Notes under the pieces: generated by a model
What the model was told of the DNA's origin: nothing
The model's input: the letters and a program-made list of their open reading frames with translations, nothing else
The model's database searches: none
Source: Mustelus asterias
Lineage: Eukaryota
Length of the DNA: 64,000 nucleotides
Direction of reading: 5' to 3'
NCBI RefSeq assembly: GCF_964213995.1
Contig: NW_027590140.1
Coordinates: 868,001 to 932,000 of the forward strand
Position numbers and translations under genes: made by a program
Part shown: one piece after another, positions 25,516-38,978 of the stretch
How positions within the stretch are numbered: the first letter of the stretch is position 1
Layout of the letters: every line of letters starts with the position of its first letter

Positions 25516-28456
25516 CAGTGCGGTCATTTAGTCTCAACCACAAATGGACACTTTGGATAAAATCCTTAATGACACGGGAACATGGAATCAGACATTGGAA
25601 GCAGTCGGCATTTTCATTGGACAATTGGCAGGAAAAGGAAAGAAAAATAATGCATTTTCAAAGTAATTTCTGGGAAGACGTGATTTCTGATACTTAATTT
25701 CCTTCCAGTAGAAGTCTTTATTCTAATGGTTGAAAAGTTGCCCACATGTTCCTGGTACAGGTAAAACAGTAGTGATAAACAGCTGGTATGATGTTGACAT
25801 TGAAGGATACTTGCATTGAACAAGTGAATTATCCAGGATGTTTTCAGAATTTGGTGGGGATGGCTGGACTGCGTAAGGTTTCAAACTCCATGGAATCATG
25901 CTGAAGTGCAATGAAGCTGGTTACTGGGCACAATCGCAGGAGTAAAGCAGCAAGGGCCATCGGCTGGAACTTTAGAATATATCAGAGCTTTGATGGCGGT
26001 AAATCCTGGCCACTGTCGGGATGTTGGAGTGAGGCAGAATCGCAGATGGAGCGAGTCTGAAAATCACCCACCAATTGATGGGGAGGTCGGATGTTCTGGG
26101 ATCTCTGACACCCCAACTTTACCTCCTCCTCCAAACACTTACTGCTTCCCATCTCAGAGTGGCTCCGTTGAAGGTAATGTGACACCTCCACTTTTCATTG
26201 AATCAAGCAGAGCAAGAGGAGACATTCAGCCCATCATAGACGTTTCAGCTATTTGCAGAAAGATCCATTTTTTCCCACTCCCCAGTTATTCATCATATTC
26301 TTACATTTTTTTCAATGGCTCCGGCCAATTCCCCTTTAAAAGATTCGAGCTCCCGACATTCAGATTTTTCACCAATAGCCTTAAATCTGTGACATCTGGT
26401 TACAAAGCCACCCATCAGGGGAACTACTTTCTCCCTATTTACCCAGTCAAAATCCCTCAGCATTTTGAACACCTCTATTAAGTCTTCTTCTCCTTTACTC
26501 AAAGAAGAACAATCCCAGTTTCACTCGCCAAACTACTTTGTTCTATTTTTAAATTGACTCTCTAACACACCAGCTACAGTAATATCTCAGGATGTAGATT
26601 GCTACAGGCACAGAGGGCAGTTCCAAACTTCACTTATTTTGATTTTGGCAAATGAATAAAAAACCTTGATGATGACTTTCATTATCTCGTGAAACACAGG
26701 TTCCTATAACAAAAGCAGATCCTGTCAGATGTCAGTGATGAACGCTTCCAAAAGTGAAATATTCCAATCATTCAAAAGCAATAAGTTCTCACAATGTTCT
26801 GATCATTCCACCTGAAATTATAAACATGCAAAACGGTTTTAACTATGACAACGTGGTCACCAATAGGGGATAGACACTGGATGGCTTCATAGTGACTGGA
26901 GGCAATGTGTTGGAAAAGTTGTCCATTTCAGGGCTGATATTTTTAAGAATTATTTCTGATCTCTTTCTCTTTGTGAATAGCCGCTGATCTGATTGGTAAA
27001 GCTTACAATGGTTGAAGCCGGAAGAAAGGACAGATCTACACGTCATGTCATTCACCGTCGTGAGATGAGTTTGGAGGTATTTTGAAATGAATTTGTGTGG
27101 GGCAGAATTTGTGCTAATTGGAGTTTGATGCGGGAGAAATCGAAAGCTGCATGTCACTGGGAATAATCCTGTTGAATCAATGTCTGCATTACTATAGTTA
27201 ATAAAGACACCCTTCCTCGTCACCACCAAAAATAAATTGCCCATTTTCTGTCGAAACATGACTAAGAGGAAACTATTTATCCTGGGCTTCGTCAGCGGTG
27301 TCATCTCTGGAAGAAACATTAAATAAAGTACCTCTCTGTGCTATCAGATGTACATGTATCGGAACTAACAGTGTATTAAACTAATTCACCCTCGCCTCCC
27401 CTCTCCACCCGTCTCCCCATTCCCTCCCCCCCCGCCCCATCACCCCGCCCCACCCCAACCTGCACACGCACCACCCAGGAGTCTCAATGCCCTGAGCAGC
27501 CTGGTTTTCCCAGAGAGTGAATGTTGGGGAAGAGTGTTGGGGAACGCGTATATCGTTTAAGTTTGTTTTGGAAAAGTACAGGGAATAACCCAAAGAAAAA
27601 ATATATTTCACTGCAGAAAGACTGACTTCCATGGAGGTAATAATGGATCCGTCCCTAACCCACCCATTGAAGTAACAGCATTCTCTTATCATTGCCAATT
27701 CCCCTAACATTTGTATAGAGTCAGTGTATATTAAGCTGACTTTTCCCTTCACCCGGGCTATGACTATGACACTATAATCTGCACCCACACCTTTCCTTTC
27801 TCCCTCTCTACACTATAAACGGTATGCTTTGACTGTATAGCACAAAACACAATGTTTTCGCATTGGAACAAGCAAACTGGTTGTGGGCTACATTGATGCG
27901 AAGGTTCATGAGGAATTAATTTATCCCGCAAAGGGAGTCTCTGTGGTGGTCAGGTAGTTGGTTTTTGATGTCAAGGCCAACCCCATAGAAACAGCGAACT
28001 TCTTCTTGTATTAGCTTTCCAGAAGAAAGTATAACCACTAATCAGCTCCTGAAGCTGCCCTTGCCCTGCCCAAAGGGCCTCACCGATGGCAGTAATGTCA
28101 ATGCCGAAACGCCTGAGCTCCCAGGCAATGATAGCAGCACACCATTCGGCTTTGTCCCTGTTGGGATTGTCCTTGAGGGCCCTGACATTCCCGATCCAAA
28201 ATTGCTTTTGTTTTTTGCAAAAATATACTTTATTTCTAAAATATCTGGAAGATTACAAACATGTCAAAGTGGCCATCACACGAAGTGAAATAATGGAAAG
28301 TTTCTATACATGTATCATGTTGCACTCTGAGCTGCTTCAACACAGTCAAAGAAATATTGCCGACATTGAAAAATGTTCATTACGAAAGGTACAAATACAC
28401 TTCAGTTATTTATATTCTGTTCTAGATGGTGGTGACGACCTCCGTGTCCTCCTACT

Positions 28457-30035
28457 TGATTTGATTTGATCTGATTTATTATTGTCAAATGTATTAGCAT
28501 GCAGCGAATAGTATTGTTTCTTGCACACTATGCAGAAAAATCACGCCATTCATAGAGAAGGAAACGAGAGAGTGCAGATTGTAGTATTACAGTCATAGCT
28601 AGGGTGTAGAGAAAGATCAACTTAATGCAAGGTAAGTCTATTCAAAAGTCTGATGGTAGCAAGGAAGAAGCTGTTCTTGAGTCGGTCGGTACTTGATCTC
28701 AGACTTTTGTATCTTCTTCACGATGGAAGAAGGTGGAAGAGAGAATGTTCGGGGTGCGTGGAGTCCACCGCTGGCTGCTTTGCCAAGGTAGCGAGAAGTG
28801 TAGACAAAGTCAATGGATGGGAGACTGGTTTGCGTGATGGATTGGGCTACATTCACGACCTTTTTGGTTTCTTGCGGTCTTGGGCAGAGCAGCAGCTACA
28901 CCAAGCCGTGGTACAACCAGAAATAATGTGGTGCATCTGTTAACGTTGGTGAGAGTTGTAGTTGACATGCCAAATTTCCTTCGTCTTCTGAGAAAGTAGA
29001 GGGGTTGGTAGGCTTTCTTAGCTATCGTGCTGGCACGGGGGGACCAGGACAGTTTATTGATGATCTGGACATCTAAAAGCCTGAAGCTTTCGGCCCTTTC
29101 TCCTTTGTCCTCGTTGAGGTCGACAGAGATATGTTCTCCTCTACGCTTCCTGAAGTCGATGACAATCTCCTTCGTTTTGTTAACATTGAGGGAGAGATTA
29201 TAGTCACTGCACCAGTTCACCAGATTCTCTATCTTATTCCTGTATTCTTTCTCATAATTGTTTGCGATCCGATCCACTGTGGTGGTGTCGTCTGCAAACT
29301 TGACAATCGAGATGGAGTGGAACTTGGCAACACAGTCATAGGTGTATCAGGAGTTAGTAGGTGCTGAGAACACAACCTTGTTGGGCACCGGTGTTGAGGA
29401 TGACCATGGAGGAGGTGTTGTTGTCTACCTTACTGATTGCGGTCAGTGAGTTAGGAAGTTCAGGATTCAGTTGCAGAGGGAGGAGCCGAGGCCCACACCA
29501 CGGAGGTTGGAGATGGGTTTCGTAGGAATAATGGCGTGTAAGGCTGAGCTGTAGTCAATAAATAGGAGTCTGACATAAGTGTCTTTGTTATCTAGGTGTT
29601 CCAGGGTTGAGTGCAGGGCCAGGGAGATGGCATCTGCTGTGGACGTGTTGCAGCAATAAGCGAACTGCAGTGGATCCAAGCAGTCCTGGAGGCTGGAATT
29701 GATTTATGCCATGACTAACATTTTGAAACACTTCATAAGGATGGCTGTCAGAGCCACCAGACGATATTAATTAAGGCACGCTGCTTGCCTTTTCTTTGGT
29801 ACTCGGATAATGGTCGTCTTCTTGAAGCAGATAGGGACCTCACTTTGCTGTAAAGAGCGCTTGAAGATGTTTGCGAATACCCCGGCGAGCTGATCTGTGC
29901 AGGATCTGAGTGCTGGTATGCTTACCCCATCCGGGCCAGCCGCTTTCCATGGGTTGACCTTCGAAAAAGATGTTCTGACATCTGCAATGGTGACCTCAGA
30001 CACAGGTTCATCCAAGGCTTCCAGAATGGAGGGAA
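28457..30035 (-). mobile_element. Rex1/Babar LINE fragment
   Basis: [49 protein letters not shown] and LNVNKTKEIVIDFRK; (aaatc)n tail at the left end. Confidence 0.9.
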
Positions 30036-30041
30036 CGTGTC

Positions 30042-30110
30042 GTTTATGTAGTGTACTGGTTACCACATTCACCTGACGAAAGATTCCCAGTTCGAAAGCG
30101 GGCGGAAACA
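30042..30110 (+). pseudogene. tRNA-Val pseudogene
   Basis: gtttatgtagtgtactggttaccaca...gttcgaaagcgggcggaaaca matches the vertebrate Val body; deletion in the anticodon arm. Confidence 0.8.
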
Positions 30111-32073
30111 TTTGAAAGTACTTTTAACAGCAGAGTGAGGAAAAGAACAGTGCTTCACGTTTAAGGTTGAATATTAACTGAATACTGTATCTTACGCTGT
30201 GTTAAATTTACCCTTCCCTTCACGGTTCCGGACGCACTCAAACCCAGCAAAACATTTTTCACTGATTCTCGCTCTGAGGGTTCAGAAAGCCTCCCTCAAA
30301 CCTGCACATTCCGGCTGATTGCTGCTGATTTGTGTCAGATTATTAAAGGCTCCTGCAGCACCACCTCCGTTAATAACAGTCACTCGAAGCCACATTTCAA
30401 ACGGGGAAACAAAACCAACAATGATTCTCTCTTCTCCGGCTTCACAGTGAGTGAGACAGAAACAAGCAGCAGATTTTACCCCGCAGTCTCTAATCACCCA
30501 CTGTCAGCAGAACGTCGCGACTGCAGATGCATCTGTACGTTGTTTTAAACTCAGAGTGAGGATCAATAATTTATCGTCGAAAATTAACTCAATACAGTAT
30601 TTTAATTTCCTCATACCTCTATCGTTCTGTGCACACTGAAACCCAATATTTTTCACTGACTCCCTTTTCCAGCTCTGACAGTTCAGAAAGCTTCTCTCAA
30701 ACCTGCACATTCCGGCTCTTTCTTTCGTTGGTTTGTTGAGCATAAGCGTCACTGACCGGCATTTACTGCCCATCCCGTGTTGAGAGAACCACTTTGTTGT
30801 GGTTCTGGAATCACGTGTAGGCCAGGCCAGCTAAGAATAACAGATTTCCCCCGCCTCAAGGACATTAGTGAATCATGGGTCAATGGACAGTGGTTCATGG
30901 TCATCAGTGGATTCTTATTTCCAATCTTCTTTATTGTATTCAAATTTCACCAGCTGTCGTGACTGTCCCAGAATATTGGCTGATCGAGCGATAATACCGC
31001 TGGGCCAACGGCCCACCTGAAGCATCTGCTCCATGTGAAGCTCGAACTCATAACCTCGGCATCGCCTGCTGGTTGCGTTGCTGTATAAGTACCGTGCACT
31101 AACCAATTGAGACACTGGAGCAATGCTCGCTGCTGCATTGCGTCAGACTATTAATGGCTCCAACAGCGTCACCTCCGTTAACAGATAGTCGAAGCCACAT
31201 TTCAGTCGGGGAAACAACCCCATCAATGACTCTCTCTCATCCACGTCTCCACAGTGAGTGAGACAAGGACAAGCAGCAGGACTTTACCCCGCATTCTCCA
31301 ATCACCCATCCGCTGCCAGCAGAGAGCGCCGACTGCAACTTCAATCAGCGGGTTACTGCACATCCCTGGGACACAAGACCCAACCCGGGTCAAACCTTCC
31401 AATACACCGAGCACAGGCTCAGGAAAACAAAGGCAGATTATACCCGGCTCACTGAACCTTCGAGCAGCATTTACACAATACCCGAGTGAGTCACAAACAG
31501 AATTCACACCAACTTTCCAAACCTTTTCAGTGATAAATTCCTCCATTTGATTGAAAAGCTGAGTGTTGTGAATCTGAAAATGAGCACCATGGATTTGTGT
31601 TACCCAGTGACTTGTTTCCCACTGTTCATCCGTCAGGTTTGCAATTCCATTTATGTTGTATATTGAAGGGAATCTCATTTGAAAATGAGGAGAAAGCAAG
31701 GAAAATATTAAATCTTGGAACAAATCCTGATGGAAATGGATCACAATATTTGGAAACAGGTGCATCTGTGAATGGTGTTATTGATGATTGAGTGGAAAGT
31801 ATTGGATCCTTGGCCTTCTGGTGGTCAGTTAACTTCCCTCCCGTTGAGTTCCTCCCTGTGATAAGAGACATGGATTCATTTTACATGCACGTTCGTAGGA
31901 GAAACGGAATAACTTCTATACCACAGCAATACTGCGGGATCAAAATAACCAAACAGACTTGTTTAGGGTTGTAAACGGTGCCGTCACGTTGGAGATCTGG
32001 AACAGGTTTAGCAGAAATATAATTGTGGTCATTCACACCCTGGTTTTGAATATCTCTGGTAGCTCCTGTCGTA

Positions 32074-32147
32074 GGCTCTCTGGCGCAAATTGTCAGCTCG
32101 TTCGGTTGTTAACCGAAAGGCTCGTGGTTCGAGGCCACCCAGGGACG
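32074..32147 (+). pseudogene. tRNA-Asn(GTT) pseudogene
   Basis: tggcgcaa...gttcggttGTTaaccgaaagg...ggttcgaggccacccagggacg with stem mismatches. Confidence 0.8.
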
Positions 32148-32644
32148 GACCTTTGGCTGTTTTCTCCGCATCGTCATCCAAGCGCAAACAGTTGCGAGTT
32201 GGCAATGTTCCGTGGGCGTCAATAAGAAAAAGCTCTCAAGTGTTACCGGCTGTGCTGTTATCTGGTGCTCCCTACATTATTTAATGTCTATTGATTTCAA
32301 ACATATTGCATATAGTAATGTATATATGCTTCCATTATACTAAGAGACTTAACAATTGGAATAGAAACATTAATTTGTGGCTCAACATTTGTTCCAATTC
32401 CATATTCCATGTTCCCAGTCATTGCTGGATAGATCACAAATCTGTCCAACCCAGACTGAAATGTGTTCAATGATGGAGCATTTACAAGCCTCTGGCGTGA
32501 ACTCTGAAGATTAGCTACCCTTTGAGTGAAGCAATTCCTCCTCACCTCAGACCTCAATAATCATCGCCTTATCCTGAGATTGTGTTCCGTGTTTTAGATT
32601 CCCGGACCAAGGAAAATGTTATCTCAGCAACCACCCTTCAAACT

Positions 32645-32910
32645 CGTAGAATCTGCAGTGCAGAAGGAGGCCATTCGGTACACCATGCCTATACCGATAA
32701 CAATCCCACCTCCACAATATTCCCGTCACACCACGACTGTGAGGCAATTTAGCATGGCCAATCCACCGAACCCATACATCTTGGGCAGGAAAGCGGTGCA
32801 CCCAGAAGGAAATGCTCGCAGACAAAGAGAAAACGTGCAAGCTCCAAACAGAAAGTCTCACGAGTCCGGAATTGAAGCTGGGTCTCTGACGCTCTGAAGC
32901 AGCAGTGCTG
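32645..32910 (-). mobile_element. HE1-like SINE nested in an old CR1 fragment
   Basis: gcaatttagcatggccaatccacc...gcagcagtgct pattern shared with the other SINE copies. Confidence 0.75.
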
Positions 32911-33949
32911 CACTCAGTCAGTCTTGTGTAGGTTTCATTGAGATCTTCTCTCATTCTGCGAAACTCCAGAGAATTTCACTTTAATATCGTCAGCCTGTCA
33001 TCACAGGGTAACTCAACGCAGAGGAAAATCTAGTAAATCTTCAGTGTACTGTCTCCCATAAATGCATAGCCTACTCTGACGAAGGGTCGTCCTGACTCAA
33101 AACGTTGACTTTACCCTCTCTCCAAAGATGCTGTAAGACGTGTTATGATTTTGCAGCATTTACTGTTTCTGGTTCAGTTTCCAACATTCTCACTATTTTG
33201 GTTTTATTCTGTCTTAAATGTGGAGACCCAAACTGCGCGCACTATTCCAGATGTGGTCTCAACAGTACCCTAATTAACTGTAGCAAGACTTCAAACACTT
33301 GGGAACTTAACTGCGTGCTGAAGGCTGGAAGGAGAAGGTGAAAGTGGATAATTGGCATTGAGTACATTCTTGTAATCAGTGACTGGGAGGACCAGGAAGA
33401 TAAGATATTTGTGTCTCTTTATACTGTCATCTCTAAAGTCCATGTCCTCTCAATGCCGTGTGCCTTACATTCCCTGCCCCTGCTTTCCAGCTGAAGCTCG
33501 GGTTCACGAACTACCTGTGTCTGTATCAAGCAGCTAATTGGCCCTGGGTGCTGGACGGCCAGAGGGAGATGGATGAGAGGCAGAGACAGAAACAGGAAGA
33601 GAAGCGACATGATAGTGTTTCATAAATGACTTGTGCCAGTTGCTCTCCGTGATGAATGCCTGCCGTGTGTTACCTTGTAAGTTTCACAGAAGCCACAATG
33701 ATGAGTTTGGTGGGTTTTGGAAACTGAAAGTGCCACATGAGCAGCTTGCGGGACTATTTCACCTTAATGTCGATTTCATGCTCCAGCGAACAGGAATCGC
33801 TGTTTTCATTGGCTGAAGCAGTTCATGTGTTCGATCTAGACATGACAATTTAAAGGAGAAAATTGTTTTGGCGAATAAAACGTCTGCAATAAAAATTAAA
33901 AGCAGATGGTTCATGGCTAAATTAGTTTCTTAAATAACGTGCATCAACT

Positions 33950-34021
33950 TTCCTGATGGTCTACTGGTTCGGATTCGGCGCTCTTACGATCGTGACCCCG
34001 CTTCGACTCCCGGTCAGGGAA
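33950..34021 (+). pseudogene. tRNA-Glu pseudogene
   Basis: tcctgatggtctactggttcggattcggcgctc...ttcgactcccggtcagggaa matches the Glu body; anticodon loop and stem are damaged. Confidence 0.8.
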
Positions 34022-34546
34022 TATAGATTTCTTGATGAGCAACGACCCTGCGTTACTTTCTGATCAGCACCAGTTCCGTCGGAATCAGTATCAGAGAGAT
34101 TTCCTCTTTTGCGTCTGAATTGGAAATGTCACATGTAAAGAACAATAAAAAGAGAGCGATAGGCTGCAAAGCGCTGACGATAGAAATGGTGATGCGGGGT
34201 AAAATCTGGCTGTTAATGGGGTAGATTCTATTGTTTTCACTGACACAAATACCTCTCAGGTCTGTGTCCAAATCTCAGGCTCAATGACAAGAAAACCTTT
34301 AATTGAATTAAACAATAAATTCTACGACCTCCAGTGAAGTGGAGGCAGTTTTCACTCAGAAACCAGAGCTGATGTTCACCCAGAAAAACAGCAAATTTTA
34401 TAAACAATGGCGCCCAAACTCACGATTCATCAACGGTGATGAATTAATGCAGCTCAGCAGGATTGCCACAAGACGGTTTATCGCAGGTTCATGCTAACAC
34501 TGCTCTTTGAGTGCAGTAAATTGCAGTAAAATTGAATGCAGTAGAA

Positions 34547-34858
34547 GGGCGGCACGGTGGTACAGTGGTTAGCACTGATGCCTCACAGCGCCAGGGACTC
34601 AGGTTAAATTTCTCAGGCCACTGTCTGTGCGGAGTCTGCACATTCTCCCCGTGTCTGCGTGGTTTTCCTCCGGGTGCTCCGGTTTCCTTCACACAGATAT
34701 GTTGGTTAGGTTGATTGGCCATGCTTAATTGACCCTAGTGTCAGCGGGATTAGCAGGATAAATAAGTGGGTTTACTGGAATAGGATGTGGGTGGGATTAT
34801 TGTCTGTGCGGACTCGATGGGTCAAAAGGCCTCCTTCTGCACTGTAGGGATTCTATGA
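34547..34858 (+). mobile_element. HE1-like SINE (duplicate copy at ~38400-38700)
   Basis: gggcggcacggtggtacagtggttagcactg...ttctgcactgtagggattctatga. Confidence 0.85.
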
Positions 34859-35061
34859 GAATATATCATTACTCATTTTGACTGGAGGAACCAAAAGAGG
34901 CAATGCAAGTATAAAGTGCTGTGGCTAATTGACGGGATGGTGGAATGGGACGGATTTTTCTCTCTGCTGTGAAACTGGCACCAATATCATTCATGTTTTC
35001 GATTTGGAAGTAATTCCAACTGCACTTTAATCATGTGCTGCACGAAAACAATAAATCTTCA

Positions 35062-35127
35062 TTTTCTGTCTGGGAATCGAACCGCTGCGGTGAAAGCACC
35101 AAGTCCTAACCATTCGACCACGAGAGA
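35062..35127 (-). pseudogene. tRNA-Glu(TTC) pseudogene
   Basis: Reverse-complement Glu pattern gggaatcgaacc..gcggtgaaagc...tcctaacca..gacca with an internal deletion. Confidence 0.75.
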
Positions 35128-36314
35128 AACTGCTTGTAAGAATTTTTATCTGACCTATCCATGCTCACTTGGCGCTTTGTTACTAATTCAGCAGTTTTTT
35201 TTTTGCATACGAGGGGCAAGTCGGACTATCAAGTGCCTTTTGAAATAAACAAATTTACTGCGGATGCTGGAATCTGAAACAAGAACAGAAAATGGGGGAA
35301 CATCGCAACAGGTCTGTAACCACCTGTGAAGAGAGAATAGAGCTAACGTTCAACGTCTGGATGACTCTTCGTCCAATCTGAAGACAAATACATTTGGACG
35401 AGATTTATACTGCAATGCTGAGAGATATGGGTGTGGTGTGGGTGACAAAGGTGTCAGATGTAAATAGAAAAAAACAAAGGGAATTTTAATGGTGGTGATC
35501 AATGGCTGAGAAGGGAGCTGCTGGCTGCCCATTAAGTGATCAGAATGTGTAAATGGCAGAACAAAGGAAATGTAAGTGATGGCCCGAGTAGGATGGAGGG
35601 AGAGGAGACAACAAGATGGAAAGTAAGATTTTAAATAAACAATGCAAAAAAGGGAAATTAAAAAATAAATATACATAAATAAAGATATAGGATAATAAAA
35701 ATAAATAAATAAGATGAAATGAAATTAAGCAAAATAAATGGAAATGGGGTGAAGATGGCAGACAGGAGATGCCCTGAAGTTGTTGAACTCAATGGTAAGT
35801 CCGGAACGCCGTAAGTACCGAATCGGGAGACCGGGGCGATATTCCTCCAGTTTGCATTGGAGTGCCTCTTCATAGCATTGTTTCTTGCCCCTTCCATCAT
35901 ATTACTGATGATCAAGAGTAGACTAGTGGTACTTGGTGGCGTTGCATTTGACCTGACACCGGGCAATCTTGGGCAAATTTTAGCTTTGGCGGCTAGATGG
36001 CAGTGTTGCAGTTTAGGAACAGCTTAGCTAAGGCTTTGGCAAGTTCTGAAGCACAATTCTTCAGCACCATTGCCAGATTATTTTTCAGAGCCATAGCATT
36101 TGCTCTTTCCAATGCCTTCAAGCTTCTTTTTTCTTGAAATCATACGGAATAGTAAAGTGTTTCTGTCCCGCTCAGTATCAACCCACTCTGGCTTTGTGTG
36201 CGTTTTCTCAGAAATAGTGAAGACTAAATATTCAATATTTTGATTGATACCCAATTCAGTTCACATTTAACAATAAACTTGAATTCGGAACCTTCAGAGC
36301 AGTGAGTTTTGATA

Positions 36315-36390
36315 ACGTTTCTGCCCTGTTTATTGCCTGGGACCTGCACAAATATGAATAGAATGTGATAACACCTTCAACACTGAAAGT
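36315..36390 (-). pseudogene. Highly decayed tRNA-Val remnant
   Basis: gtttctgccc...gggacct...gtgataac resembles the reverse complement of a Val tRNA. Confidence 0.4.
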
Positions 36391-36570
36391 TCGCTCAGGA
36401 TAAAAGCGACTGGTCTTGAAGGTCAAACCGTGCAATCTGATTTAACTTCAGAACCTGACTTGCGGAAGTACAATTCGGCTCAAAACCCATTTTTCATGCG
36501 GCAGAGAAATTCATCTCACATTAGAATCATAAAATTACATTTGCGCCTTTTTTTCTCTTTTTCCATGTCT

Positions 36571-36830
36571 CGGGCGGCACGGTGGTACAGTGGTCAGCAC
36601 TGCTATCTCACAGCGCTAAAGACCCAGGCTCAATTCCCAGCTTTAGTCACTGTCTCTGTGGCGCTTGCGCGTTCGCCCCGTGTCTGCGTGGGTTTCTTCT
36701 CACAGCCTGAAAGACGTGCTGGTTATGTGCATTAACCCCAACAGGCGCCGGAGTCTCGCGACTAAGGAATTTAACAGTGTCTTCATTGCAGTATAAACCT
36801 TACTTGTGACTAATAAATATACTTTACTTT
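36571..36830 (+). mobile_element. HE1-like SINE
   Basis: gggcggcacggtggtacagtggtcagcactgc head and (ttac)n tail. Confidence 0.8.
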
Positions 36831-37112
36831 AACTGAGCATTTTGCAGAATATTATTTAACACTTGGAAATGCAACTGCAGTTAGGCTGAGAGACAATGTT
36901 TTCTGTCACTATTTAATAACAAACGGAAATGAGGTAACTTTTCCTCACACTGAGAGATGAGGAAGTTTGAACACTGTTGTCCTATTTCACACAGGGAACC
37001 ATTAACATTTTAGGTGAATTTATTAAACACCACACTTCAGAAACAGAGAATACATGACTCTGAAGTACAATCAGACAGCACGGTTCGACACTCCAGTCAG
37101 TTGTCGAGCATA

Positions 37113-37185
37113 GTTTTTGTAGTGTAGTGTTTATCACAGTCATCTGACACACGAAAGGTTCCCAGTTCCAAAACGGATGGAAACA
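37113..37185 (+). pseudogene. tRNA-Val pseudogene (anticodon reads GAC)
   Basis: 73-nt Val body gtttttgtagtgtagtg...ggaaaca with a damaged B box; paralog of the copy at 30042. Confidence 0.8.
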
Positions 37186-37997
37186 TTTATACATACTTTT
37201 AACCTCAGAGTGAGGAAAAGAACAATAATTCACGTTAATTGCTGAATATAAACTGAATACAGTATTTTACACAGTGTTGCATTTTCCCTTCCCCTCTACA
37301 CTTCTGTACACACTCAAATCTGACAGAATATCTTGAACTGGTTACCGTTTCCAGCTCTCACTGCTCAGAAAGCTTCTCTCAAACTTGCACATTCGGGCTT
37401 TTTCATTTGTTCATTCCTTAAACATGGCCGTCGCTAGCCATCATTCACTGCCCAACCCTAGTTGAGATGCAACCATACTGCTGTGGCTCTGGAGTCACAT
37501 GTAGGCCAGACCAGGTCAGGAGAGCAGATTTCCTTCCTAAGATACATTGGTGAATCATATGGGTTCCTTCATCAATCGAAAATGCTTTCACGGTCATCAA
37601 TGGATTCTCAATTCCAGATTTTTCCTATTGTATTCAAATCCCACCAGCTGTCCTGGCCGGTCCCCAGAATGTTAGCTGGTCGAGCGATAATTCGCCCCTC
37701 CTAAAGCATCTCCGAATGGAAAGTATTGGATCCTTGGTCTTCTGGTGGTCAGTTCCCTTCCCTCCCGTTGAATTCCTCCCTCTGGCCAGAGACATGGATT
37801 CATTTTAGCTGCACGTTCATAGAAGAAAGGGTATAACCGCTACACCACAGCAATACTACGGGATCGAAAGAAACAAAGAGACTTGTGTAGACTTGTAAAT
37901 GGTGCGGTGATGCTGTAGTTCTGGAACAGGTTTCGCAGAAATAGAATTGTGATCATTGACACCCTGGATTAGAATATCGTTAACAGCTGCTGCATCA

Positions 37998-38018
37998 GTC
38001 TCTGTGGTGCAATTGGTC

Positions 38019-38051
<33 letters not shown>

Positions 38052-38071
38052 GTCCAGACCACCCAGGGACG
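37998..38071 (+). pseudogene. tRNA-Asn(GTT), probable pseudogene
   Basis: Near-canonical Asn sequence, but the T-loop reads gtccaga instead of TTCGAnn (B box broken). Confidence 0.82.
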
Positions 38072-38907
38072 GAGCTTGTACTGTTTCCTTACCATGATCC
38101 TTCAAAAGCAAACAGTTGCGGGTTGGCAATGGGTCCGTGGGCGTCAATAAAAATAGCTCTCAAGTTTTACCGGCTGTACTGTCATCTGGTGTCAGTTTGA
38201 GTGGTGACGCTGCCGGAGAAATTCAGAGCTGGATTTCACCCAGAAAAGCAGCAAAGTTTAAAAACAGTGGCGCCCAACTTGGGGTTGCAACCCACGGTCC
38301 ATTAACGGTGATAAGTTAATGTTGTTCAGCAGAATTACCACAAGACGGTTTATCACAGGTTGATACTAACACTGCAGTAAAATTAAATGTAGTAGAAAAG
38401 GACGGCATGGTGGCACAGTGGTGAGCAATGATGCGTCACAGCGCCATTGGCTCAGGTTAAATTCCTCAAGTCACTGCCTGTGCGGAGTTTGCACCTTGTC
38501 TGCGTGGGTTTCCTCTGTGTGCTCCGGTTTCCTTTCCAAAGATGTGTGATTTCGGTTGCTTGGCCATGCTAAATTGACCCGCCTGTCAGCGGGATTATCA
38601 GGGTAAATATGTGGGTTTCCGGGAATAGGGCGTGGGTGGGATTGTTGTCAGTGCGGACCCGATGGGCCGAACGGTCTCCTTCTGTACTGTAGGGATTCTA
38701 CAAGAATGTTTCATTGTTCATTTTGACTGTAGGAACCAAAAGAGGCAATACAAGTATAAATTGCTGTGGGTAATTGACGAGCTTGTGGAATGGGGCGGAT
38801 TTTTCTCTCTGCTGTTGAAACTGGCAGCAATATCACTCATGCATTCGATCAAGAAGTAACTGCAACTCCACCTGCATCATGTCCTGCAAGAAAACAATAA
38901 ATCTTCA

Positions 38908-38978
38908 TTTTCTGACCGGGAATCGAACTCGGGCCGCAGTGGTGAAAACAACAAATCCTAACCATTGACCACCAGGGA
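38908..38978 (-). pseudogene. tRNA-Glu(TTC) pseudogene
   Basis: ttttctgaccgggaatcgaactcgggccgc..ggtgaaa...tcctaaccattgaccaccaggga; anticodon stem mismatched. Confidence 0.82.
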
